From NCBI GenBank assembly GCA_000708835.1, contig DF237439.1:5668-69667 (forward strand): DNA of 64,000 bases, written 5' to 3'. The notes under the pieces are model-generated. The model ran no database searches. It was not told where the DNA came from and saw only the letters and a program-made list of their open reading frames with translations. The position numbers and the translations under genes are program-made. Positions 9,698 through 19,900 of the stretch are shown here, one piece after another. How positions within the stretch are numbered: the stretch's first letter is position 1; each line of letters begins with the position of its first letter. The stretch comes from Klebsormidium nitens (taxonomy: Eukaryota > Plantae > Klebsormidiophyceae).

Positions 9698-10384
9698 GTG
9701 ACTGCAACCGAAGAGGCAGAGGAGGAAGAAAATGCAAAGGAGACTGCAAAGGTTGTCCAGTTGGCCAAGTGGGATCAGGTGGAGGTCAACCTGCCGACGT
9801 ACGAATCCCTGAAGGCGTTGTCTACGCTTACGAAGCAGCTTCCGAACATGAACAAGGTGTTAGAGTCGGTGAAAAACCTGTATATGCAGTTCTTTCCCGA
9901 TGAGCACGAGACTTTGCTCGTTCAGAAGAGTGTGGACTATCGCAACAAAGCCAGCAGTGAAAGGTGCAGCGTTGTCGGGAGGACGCCACGGCTACTAGCG
10001 GCTGAGGTGGCAATGGCTGCCTGGTTGCGTCAGGGGCGAAGGTGCTCGATCTGCGACATGCAGTGCGATTGGAACAGACTGTGCGGAGGGTGGGGCAGCT
10101 TTCCTCAGATAGACCGATCGGATGTCGCGGTTGAAACTTATGTGGGCAATTTTTCCTGGGTTTGTAGCAGATGCAACACGTTGAAGGGTCACTTCGTGGA
10201 ATTGATAAGGTACGATGAGTTGGCACTCGAGACCCTGCGCAGAATCGAAGAGAATTCCGAAGACACATTAGGGGACGACCTTGCAGGACAAGTGTTGAGG
10301 GAGATAGAGAGACAGTCGATGAGGGACACGTACGTAAGATCCATTGCGAAAGAGAAGGGGCCAAAAGGGCTTCGAAAACCGTAG
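9698..10384 (+). CDS. Zn-binding HNH/His-Me-finger endonuclease-like protein
   Basis: CSIC..IDRSD..YVGNFSWVCSRCNTLKG is the CxxC..DRxD..Y..N....CxxCN..K layout of endonuclease VII/HNH-type nucleases. The start codon is GTG per the ORF track. Confidence 0.6.
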   Translation: MTATEEAEEEENAKETAKVVQLAKWDQVEVNLPTYESLKALSTLTKQLPNMNKVLESVKNLYMQFFPDEHETLLVQKSVDYRNKASSERCSVVGRTPRLLAAEVAMAAWLRQGRRCSICDMQCDWNRLCGGWGSFPQIDRSDVAVETYVGNFSWVCSRCNTLKGHFVELIRYDELALETLRRIEENSEDTLGDDLAGQVLREIERQSMRDTYVRSIAKEKGPKGLRKP

Positions 10385-10787
10385 CCCTAAAATCCTAAAA
10401 CCGTAGCACAACAACCTTGGACGACCAAGATTTTTTTCTAAGATGTATTTGATACACCTGTCCGCAGCAATCGCACGCTTGTTGGCAGCCTGACGGACGA
10501 GGGCCCCAAGGGGGCGCACCCTCCCAGGGGGCACATCCTGGCAGGGCGCACGACGCTAGAGAGACGCAGTATACAGCTGGACGTCCTGATTTTTCTGCAA
10601 CTCTCTCATCTCCAACGTGCATCATGCGAATGTACATCATATGAATGCGTGTTCTGAAGTAACGATGCTACAGGATTCCATTCTTTCGGCCTCAAACATT
10701 TCTTCGTGGTGACGCTTTACTGGGTCATCAAAGAGGAATGTCTCTTACATGTTAACTTGGGCGAAAAGTCTCTAGCCGTATCTATCT

Positions 10788-11714
10788 CTAAGTTTTCCTC
10801 CCGGTCTTTCTTTTGCTGGACTTCTTTCCTGCTTTCTTCCTCGTGCTCGCAGACATCAGTGCTAGTAAGCCTCCGCCCACGGCCACGCCACCGCCGCCAC
10901 CACCTCCGCCGCCTCCACCAACCCCTCCTCTCCCACCGGCGCCGCCTCCACCAGCCGAGGAACGCGCACCTAGAGAAGTGCGTGGGCTGTTGGTACCGTA
11001 GGTAGCTGAGACGGAAAGTGAGGTCAGCGCCGAAACGAGGGGGCTCCCATCATAGGAAACCCGCCTCTGGCTCCCTTGACCCAAGGAACGTGGAGGGGGT
11101 AAGGCGTCGAGTTTCCTTCTCAAGCTATTCGAAAGGGGAGCTAAAGGTGGTGGGTTCCAAGGACGATTCTTGACTTGCGAATGCCTCATCGAGACTGCTG
11201 GTCTCGACCAGGCTCGAGAGGCTCCGCCGAATGGCGTCGCGGGTGCACTCTGCACCTTACTCGCCAGAGGACGCTCGCTCGACCACCACCAGTTTGGGCG
11301 CGACGAAAGCGAAGATCTGGAACTTTCGTCACCTGATACGGAACGTTCGGATAGGTCTTCGTCCTCGTAAGACGTACGGCTGCGCAACATTGCCACCTGC
11401 TCGGGGCTCAACGTGACAATCTCTGATTGACGGTAGTCAGGAATACCATCCGGTCTGCTTAGGACATTCTCACCGTCCCTCGCCCACGCATAGAGTGTTT
11501 CAACGGGTCTGATCGCGTCCTCTGGAATGATTCTTCTGTCATCGTATCCGTTGATACCTGCTTCTAGCCATTTCGGGACGTATCCATATCGGCGGCTTGG
11601 ATCGAAACCAGGGATGTTCCTTCTCAGTTGGTTGGTCGGCCGTGGAAACATCCTAGAGATATATATACATCGGAAGAAAAGAATTCCTGCACCTATATGT
11701 ATCTGGTATGACAA
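10788..11714 (-). CDS. Hypothetical low-complexity (Ser/Gly/Arg-rich, basic tail) protein
   Basis: 308-codon open frame; poly-Gly comes from a GGC/GGT tract at 10880-10950; no recognisable domain; the real start is probably the downstream MFPRP. Confidence 0.4.
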   Translation of the reverse strand: MSYQIHIGAGILFFRCIYISRMFPRPTNQLRRNIPGFDPSRRYGYVPKWLEAGINGYDDRRIIPEDAIRPVETLYAWARDGENVLSRPDGIPDYRQSEIVTLSPEQVAMLRSRTSYEDEDLSERSVSGDESSRSSLSSRPNWWWSSERPLASKVQSAPATPFGGASRAWSRPAVSMRHSQVKNRPWNPPPLAPLSNSLRRKLDALPPPRSLGQGSQRRVSYDGSPLVSALTSLSVSATYGTNSPRTSLGARSSAGGGGAGGRGGVGGGGGGGGGGGVAVGGGLLALMSASTRKKAGKKSSKRKTGRKT

Positions 11715-12334
11715 AGCTCATCCTCGCACTCGCAGTCATCTTCCTCAGTCAACATGTTTCATGTAGAGTCATCACCATTCATAACAATTGCAACACGAAG
11801 ATCTCGTGGGGTATAGAGGAGGCGCGAGGGATGCTGACGACCTCCCTCTCCAGAGAGCTGAAGCCCGGAGAGAGGTCTGCACCTATAGTAGTGCCACAAG
11901 GTTGTGGAGGTCGCATCTGGGACGATTCGAGTGAGCCGTACGCGCACACGATCGCCGAGTTCTTCATGGACGACGTGGGCGGCGATTACTACGACATCAG
12001 CATAGTAGACGGATTCGACACGGGCATCAGGTTCGCACCATCCTCAGAAAATTGCGACACGATAGAGTGTGCGTTCGATGCGAGAGCAGCATGTCCTAGC
12101 GAACTCTTACATCCTACCGGCTTTCCTTGTCTGAGTGCTTGCACCAAGTACGGGACGCCTCCTTATTGCTGTACGGGAGCCGACAACAACACTCCTGAGA
12201 AGTGCCCTGCTAACGAATGGTCTCTCTACTTCAAAACCCTCTGTCCGGATGCTTACACTTTCGCTTTCGATGACCCTACTTCGATAAGAGTCTGCAAGGA
12301 TGCTGCCTCGTACGAGATAACCTTCTGTCCCTGA
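11708..12334 (+). CDS. Secreted thaumatin-like protein (PR-5 family), intronless, 208 aa
   Basis: Signal peptide MTKLILALAVIFLSQHVSC, then ITIHNNC, GRIW, AEF, DYYDISIVDGF, CLSAC..YCC, FKTLCPDAYTFAFDD and YEITFCP. Confidence 0.95.
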   Translation: MTKLILALAVIFLSQHVSCRVITIHNNCNTKISWGIEEARGMLTTSLSRELKPGERSAPIVVPQGCGGRIWDDSSEPYAHTIAEFFMDDVGGDYYDISIVDGFDTGIRFAPSSENCDTIECAFDARAACPSELLHPTGFPCLSACTKYGTPPYCCTGADNNTPEKCPANEWSLYFKTLCPDAYTFAFDDPTSIRVCKDAASYEITFCP

Positions 12335-12336
12335 CT

Positions 12337-12636
12337 CTACACGTATTCGTCGCAATCTACATACTTCACCTGCAGATTCGTCATCACGCTGTCTTTGAGG
12401 AGGTGCACGCCTTCTCGCACATCCTGCTGATCCGGCGTTCCTCGAAAATCTTGCACCAAGACGGAGAAGGGTGAGGTGTAGACGGCGGCCCTCGTAAGAC
12501 CGGCGCTGTTGTCGTATGTGACCACCATGAAAGGGTCCTTGATCTCTCGCTCTTGGTCCAGGATAGTGAGGATGGCGTTCGCCACGCAGTCGTTGGAAGC
12601 TTGGATGGTCGTATTGCGGGCGCCTGAAGAAGCCAT
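12337..12636 (-). CDS. Hypothetical protein, 99 aa
   Basis: ATG at 12636; the stop lies 2 bp from the thaumatin stop (convergent pair). Confidence 0.45.
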   Translation of the reverse strand: MASSGARNTTIQASNDCVANAILTILDQEREIKDPFMVVTYDNSAGLTRAAVYTSPFSVLVQDFRGTPDQQDVREGVHLLKDSVMTNLQVKYVDCDEYV

Positions 12637-13906
12637 GTTTGCAAAGAACGTCAGATTGCAGAATGATGGAATGATGGGAATGATGGGAGAGGGGGCTAGG
12701 TGCTGTCTCTTATAGTAGTGGCGTCCGAAAAAAGGCCCCGTCCGAAACTTCAGACTTTTTTTCCTGGACAATAACAAACGAAGATGACTCGCCCAGGAGT
12801 TTCGGACGGCCGAGCCTTTGGCCTAGACCCTTACAGGCCCGTCGGGGCCATAGACGCCAAGGTCCTCCATGAGCTCAATCATACTGCAGATCGCAGTAAT
12901 ATGTCCGTTGGCCGTCAGTCATGGTACACTGAACAGATGTTCTGATTTCCGGAAATCGAAGTTCTTGACCCGCGCTATGGAAAACAGACAGTCTGTTTCG
13001 CGCAATAAGAAAATCTGTTTCACGCGCTGAAGACCAGACCGCCTGTTCACGACTACAAGAGTAATTTTTAAACCCTAAAGTGCAATAGGGCCGTTGTGGC
13101 ACTCTGAATCTTGACCGTCGATCGAGTTGACACCGAGCTGGGTGGCCTGCACAGAACGTGAACCAGAACATTGTTTAGTGTCAATTTCGGTTGGAGGATG
13201 TTGATTCGTCGGTAGGAAATACAATGTCGTTGAGAGGGGCTGCATGGGCGAACGCATCTGCCCCGGCGACTTGCACAACAGAGTATCACTGTCGAGGTCG
13301 CCCCGCAGACCCACATTGTATCGAGATTTCGGCGACCCCAAGAGTCGTGCAGCTTACGTTCGGCTGTACGTTCTGTCGTTTTCGGAGCCCTTTCGGAGTC
13401 CTTTCTCTACTCACTTTGATTCAATTCAATGTGTCTATCTTCCAAGCTTAAGGAATACGTCCCCAAAATAGTCGCCCCACGTTGTTATTGAACGTGACAG
13501 GACCCGTGTATCCCTACAATATGAGTTCCAATCGTGGAGATGTCGACGCGTGTCAGGGATCCGGTAAGCTGACCCACTTAAAGAGGATAATATGTCAAGA
13601 ACCTCTCCGAAACGAGAATAAAATCTGGCCGTGTATAGCAAAAGGAAGAACGCTTCACGCCAAGGGCTCCTGTTTGACCTTTACATTGGCAACAACTAAC
13701 AAGGCAAAGTAAGCATAAATAGCATGAGCCAGAACCTAGTAACGGCAGAAGTAAGAAGCTAGACAACGACAAAGACTCAGACAAGGACAAAGACTACAAC
13801 AAGAAGACATAGACAGAGACAGAAAGAAAGACGAGGATGAAGAGGGAAGAAAGAGGCAAAGATGAAGACAAAGACAAAGAGAAACGGAAACAAAGTCTGA
13901 TCTCAC

Positions 13907-14066
13907 GGTAGAGCGGAAGGGGCCCTGAACATTGAGCGCATCGTTGGTCCCGTCGAAGTAGATGCTCGCGGTGCACTGCTGTTCGAAGTCGGGGTTAGGC
14001 GCTGCGTAGAAGCAGAGCCCGTTGAAGTGGCCGATACTGTTGCCCGACAGGTCCGTCAGGCCAGCG
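13907..14066 (-). CDS. Internal exon of a spliced gene, dirigent/allene-oxide-cyclase-like beta-barrel
   Basis: Branch point GACTAAC, pyrimidine tract and CAG acceptor at 14067-69; GTGAGA donor at 13906. Encodes AGLTDLSGNSIGHFNGLCFYAAPNPDFEQQCTASIYFDGTNDALNVQGPFRST. Other exons not resolved. Confidence 0.45.
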
Positions 14067-14400
14067 CTGGGTTACGAAGAGAAAAACGGGTTAGTCGAGG
14101 TCAGCAACAGGGTCAGCAAACGAGGGGAAAACAAGTTTTGGGAACGATTGAGCTTAGTTTGCGAAGTACGATTAGAAGCACTGAGCCCGTTGGCGTTGCC
14201 GATGGTTTTGCCGGACAAGTGCGTCAGACCAGCGCTGGGTTACGAAGAGAAAAAATGGGTTAGTCGAGGTCAGCAACAGGGTTAGGACACGGGGTTAAAT
14301 GTGTATGGAAACGAGCCTTATTTGCGGAGAAGTATGGTTAAAGAGGTAGAGTCCGCTGGCGTGGCCGATAGTCGTACCGAACAGATCCGTTAAGCGCGGG
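14015..14400 (-). repeat. Three diverged units of about 167 bp (acceptor plus exon-start copies)
   Basis: Equivalent positions at 14021, 14189 and 14355. They encode LTDLSGNSIG, LTHLSGKTIG and LTDLFGTTIG. Confidence 0.85.
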
Positions 14401-16912
14401 TTTGCCAAGGGTTTTGAGTGTTCAGACAGGGTTAGTGAATATCAATCAAGGAAGGGAACGCGTCGACCTTGACTAGCGGTGATTATATCTTCAAGTAGAA
14501 AGTGGTTGACCATGACAGTCAGCCATGGCGAGCTAAAATTGATTCCTCTTGTAGCAGCGATCCAGAGGTGTCATACTGACATCCGATTCCGTGTTCCAAG
14601 TGTAAACCTGACGCCCATTGTTGACTTTTGTGTCCGCAGAAAGAGCTTGAACCGCTTTCCAAACTGGACCCTCGAAGTCTGAGTTCACGCCTATTGAACG
14701 GGCACAATTTCGAGCTTTCCCAAGCGATCGTATCTTCTTTTAGATTCCTCTTCTGTCGGTTGTCCACGTGGCTCGTGAACCAAAAGAGATGACGAATGCC
14801 CAGCTGATGTTACGCGTGCGATCCTGGAGAATTCGATCATCGCGCAAATGGGCGCCGGTTGAAACAAACCTTCAACAACGCCCATCCGAAGCGGCACTCT
14901 GATTTCTACCGGGCTACTGCAGCCGTGCCTTGTGAGGTACCCCATTGTGAAAAGCGAAGGGCCCAACAAAACCTCATCGTTCAGTCATTTGTTCGTTAGG
15001 TTTTCTATTCATTTCTTCCTCTGTTTGTTGAATGGTCATGTTTGGGATGCCTTTGAATGGTCATGCTTTAACCGCGGCAGCCTGCTCACCGGAAATAGGT
15101 GATGTCACCAAACTTGCTACCAGTGTTGGGCTGAGGGCCCAGCGATCCGTTGCTGACGTCAACCAGCTCCAGAATGGACAGGGTCGGCTGCGAATAAAAT
15201 TCGATTCTTGCTGTTAGTCAAACGAACAACTTCGAAATCAACGAGTAAATTGCTTGAAACGAGGACCCAGGGGCGTTTTTGATCTGCATCTACATGACCA
15301 ATGCACTTTCTGATGTGACGCCGCTCCTTTTGACTGTAGAAAATAAGCCTTAGAGCTAGTGAAAGTTCCAGTGGATATTCACACGCAACTTTTGGATCTG
15401 AAGACGCAGGCCTCACAATCGAGCGTCGCAGTTTCCCGCAATGGGAAGCTGCAGTGTCTCCGATTAAGCTACATAGGGTCAGATACAGTCAGGAAACTGC
15501 CAACCCCTTCGAGTCATTCTCATTATCATCCCTTCAGCGTTCCCCTTCTGAGAAAAGTGCGGTTCCGAGTATATCAAACGGCCCCTACATTAGCCGGACC
15601 CCTCTCGAGCGCTTCACTGGTCTTTTCAAACCCGAGAATCACATCAATTTGGAAGTTGGGCTTAAATAGAACGTTTACCCTCCGTGACCAATAGCCGACC
15701 CACCGTTTCGCACGTATATCAAAGAATGTCTAATGATTCCCTTCTAGCGTATGACTCACTTTCCAAGCCGCCTAGCCTGAGCTTCTATATTGAGTGACCG
15801 TATCAGAGTCAGCCAAGGATATCGACGTACTGTGACTAGTTATGTTACGGTGTTATCATTTGAACTACGTAAATGAGCGCCACATATCAAAATATTCAAT
15901 CTGAAGGGCCGCGTGCGCGTTTATTTGCGGTTGCATGGCCGGGGGATGGAACACAATTAAAGCTAGTATAGACACGCTGCATGCCGGAATTGATCGTGCA
16001 TGTCGAGTCGTTTCGAGTCATTCCGATCGAGTAACTGTGTGCCGTGAGTTGTGTGCTCTGATTGTGTCGGATTGTGATCCGATGATCGGATCCCGCCCAC
16101 ACGAATCGCGGCAGCCCGCCCACAGCAATCGATCATTGAACCCGCACATTTATTGTAGCATGGTAGATGCAGACCCAACCGTCGACTTGTCATAGCCTGA
16201 GAGTCCTATGAGGCTACGACTATTAGCCAGACAAAGAGGCGCAACAATCAATCATATTGATTGACTGATGCAATGAGGTGTAGTACAAAATGATCGATCA
16301 CAGTCACGAAGTCAAGTATAAAAACGTTTTATCAGCAGCGCTGCCGCTGTTGATGAAATCGATGGTTACTCGCAATCAATTATGTCTGCTGCAAACAAAT
16401 CGCAGAATTCTACCGACCACTTGCATCTGTCTCAAAACAAATTTACCTTCTTCAAGCTCACCCCACTATGTTAACTTTGCACAGCCTTACCAGTAATGGG
16501 TACCACTGAGATCTGCATATATGGCCGTCGACAGTCTACTGTACTTACTAACCTCGCTTTGACGAAACCTGCCTACCACAATGTTTGAATCTTACGACAC
16601 GTGTTCTTGCATGTCTGCAGCAAATTTAGCGATGGTCCAACACCTCTATTGCTCCGATTGTGGCACTAAAAGCTACGTCATTTTTGCCCACGCACTCGAC
16701 CTATACCACGTTTATATCGGCCCTGAGGAACCAAGTATGCTGTGCAATGCTTCTTATCCCCAAGCTACTGTAGTCACACGCTTATATATTCACACTATTA
16801 TGTACGATATTAAAAATCCACTACTCGCCGAACCGCCCACGTTTCTACCGCCCAAGTTTGAATTACATACATCGGAACAATATGTACACGCGCGCTCTAG
16901 TAAACGAAGTGA

Positions 16913-19900
16913 TCAGATGCCCAAGTCCATCCCCTCCCGGACGCCGCTCAGATTGACCCCTTCCAGCACCGCCTGGTCTTCACTCAGGATCCGTTGGACG
17001 GAGTACTTGAATACCGGGTCCATGATTGGCAGAGTGCCGAAGTTGCGGAGCAACTGCACAAAGTGGGCAGGACTTAAACCAATGTGGGAAAGAAAGGGAA
17101 AGGAAAAAGGAGGGAAGCCAAGGGAGCCAGAGGAGCCCGTTTCAACACGTGGGACGGTCGGGTTCAGTTGCACCTGCTCCAAAAAGCGAGTCTCCTGTAA
17201 TCATCTCAGATAGCACGCCCTACAATGCCCCGGGTAAATATTTGCACAAGTCATTATAGTTTCCCTTGTGAGATCGGGTCATCCGTCCTCATCAATCGAA
17301 TGTACTTTCAATCGTCGATGAGTGCGCCTTTGATCTGATGCCCCACTTCTGGCCTAAAGAAACCCCAGGAGACGTGGTTTAAGCGGCACACAAGCAGCAA
17401 CTTCTCCTGCGCACTCAGCTCGAAATGCCGCCCAAACTCGTCAAGATCACTACAATGCATCTCCCTTCACCGACCGTTACCTTCCAGTCACCTCGAGCCA
17501 AGCTTCTCTAGCCAAGCTTCTCGCTTGTTCCAGAAGGATTGGCTTCTCGGGGACTCCAAAGACCTCAGTCAGTCTCTTCAAACAGTCTGATCTTGGACAT
17601 TCACTCCACAAGCTCTGAAACCCCCTTTGAAGATCAGAATCTAAAACAAACGCACCTGCCAAATGAGCCAGCTGCAATTCAAAATAGTTAACGTGGACTT
17701 CCACTTCTTAAAATCTCAAACATTTTCTCAAAGCCGCGAACTATGACGACATCTTCGCAACGCACCTGCCAAATAAGCCGGCTGCTATTTTCGGACATGG
17801 GCACGACGTGCGTCAGCGTCTTCATGACCACACGATCCCGCGAGTCGCCGACAGTGACCATGGCCGAGTAGGGCGGCGACCGCTCCATCTTGACCAGCAC
17901 GCGGCCGTCGCCGAAAAAGGACGTGAACGGGTTGGTGCGGCTCATGCCGTACCTGGAGAGGCGGCGGAACATATCAGGACGGAACGCATCGGCCGGAACG
18001 GAATAAGTTTTGACGAATCCATGTGACATTGGAACGTCAGGCAACAGACGGATAAAAACGGAACGAGCTAGACGGACGGAGTCGGCAGCAAGAAATTCGA
18101 GGTGGCGGCAGCAGGACCGATTCGCCGATTCACTCCGACTGGAGGCACAGTACTTGCGAGTATCGGCGAGTATATAGGGAGTTGGGAGTTTGCTAAGCGT
18201 TCTGGAATGAGAACATTCAAAAGGGTGTTCCGTCGGATCGAGAGATTCCAGAGCATTGTTCCGAGCGTTGCTCCGTCTTGCACGATGCTGACCTGCTGTG
18301 GAGGCGGGATGAATGGAGGTAAAAAAGAAATGCGGCTAGACGAAGAAGAGGAGACCATCGAAAGAACTTCCCGCATCTCATTTCCTGTGGCGGCAAAGCT
18401 TAGCAGAGGAGATCAATAAGTCGAACAACGAGGGCCCAGAAGTTCTCACTCACGTTCTTTGAGCATTTCCCTTGCGTTCTTCGATGCCAAGCCGAAGCCA
18501 TCCCTAGCACCTTACGCGCCAAGAAAAAGTAGCTCTAGAGCACCGATCCTTGGGCGCACTCACTCAAAGCAGATGGTGAAGTCATCGGGCCTCCACGTGC
18601 GGATAAGCTCCCCGCCCCCGAATGTCGTCTTGTGCACGTACGTCATGTGGTGCAGATCGAACGTGTTATCGACCACAGCTTTCGGCGCGGCAGCGATGTC
18701 GACATAACCGCCCATGGAGCGGAACCCCCCGATGCCGAAGTGCTCGTTGAAGGGGGGCACATCGCCTGCTTCATCCGACCCCCCTTCCGTCTCCTGGCCG
18801 CTGTAGGCGTCGAGGAAGTTCTGCTCGGGGATGGGGGCCCCGAGGGCCTCGTGGAAGCCCCTCAGGAATGGCGCTAGATCGACCTGGCAATTTGAGAGCG
18901 CGAACATGATCAGTATAGGAAGGCTAAAGCGAACAAGTGTGCGAGGCCAAACGAGGAAGCGCATCCTTTAAGGAAAGAATTAAGACAAGGCGCGAGGTCG
19001 ACCTAGCAATAAGTGCGGAACTTTGACATCGCGGAAAGGCCAGAGCAAAGACAATGTGCGAGGCTGAAAGACGAGGGCGCGTTTGTTGATAAGATGCTTC
19101 CCAGAGTGGCGCAGGATCGACCTGGCAGAAAGTCTGCGAAATTCTAAAATCTCAGAGCTGGGACGTACCTCATCGGCGTCACTTTCCAGAAGATCGGTCG
19201 GAGTGAGGGGATCATCCTTCATCCACACCAGCCCATTCGCTTCCACCACCTGCAACAACATGGAACAACGAATCAGATCCCCTTTTCTTCTGACTGACTT
19301 TCCCGCTCCATTGTTTCCTTTCCGCGTATGCTCTCAGTCAACTTCATTGCCAATGCTTACTTTTACCCATTATTTCTATCCTGACAGCCCTCGACTTGCC
19401 TGAGCCGGTTGCTGTCAGCTCCGCACGACTACTGCGAACTTCGTCGTACCTTTCCCAAGAATCTGAATGCTGCTTGAGCGTTACCAACCGAATCAGAATC
19501 CGGCGAGAGCTTTTGCAGGAATCCTGACATTTGCGCGGTGCGAGTTTTCTGGGAAATGTTGAATTTACACGATCCAATTCAACACCCAAATTTCAGCACG
19601 AAATTGAGATTTTCGACTACTTGCTTGACTTGCCGATTAACCAAGCCTCGTGTGCTAATAGGTTGAGTTTCCGACCATGCATCGAGAACGCCACACAAAA
19701 TGAAGGGCACAGGGAAAGGGTAGACAGAGAAAAAAACAGGCAGAAACAAACAGCAAAGCAGGCAAGGCCTTTCAGAGAAGATAGTTGCCGCTGCCTCACA
19801 TTGAGGCTGTCCGTGAAGATGTTGGGTTTGTTGCAGCTGCCAGCGGCGTTGAACTCGAGGCCGTGGTACGGGCACTTGACGCACTTGCCCTCCTTTGCGG

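Larger units (their letters stand above)
1..13400. mobile_element. Endogenous giant-virus (Nucleocytoviricota-like) segment, partly decayed; left end outside window, right end approximate
   Basis: Intronless ORFs packed head-to-tail or overlapping (8491/8495, 9016/9037, 11714/11708, 12334/12337), unlike the intron-rich genes further right. Gene types typical of NCLDV: SWIB, SNF2+RING, DUF5767-like, HNH-like, RGG-motif ORFs. No major capsid, PolB or A32 ATPase gene in this window. Confidence 0.78.

Noticed and set aside
12337-13341. One long minus-strand pseudogene (single frame with three stops)
   Set aside because: No recognisable motif; three stops in about 190 codons is only suggestive, and the middle part looks non-coding.
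13740-13900. Lys/Asp/Glu-rich low-complexity coding stretch on the plus strand
   Set aside because: It contains stops and is the complement of a pyrimidine-rich intron starting at the GTGAGA donor at 13906.
14022-14285. Plus-strand ORFs with a 56-aa repeat
   Set aside because: They are antisense readings of the minus-strand echo array, which has the branch points and acceptors.
16581-17213. 210-aa plus-strand ORF
   Set aside because: It overlaps the last Rieske exon and its 3' region in antisense and has no domain features.
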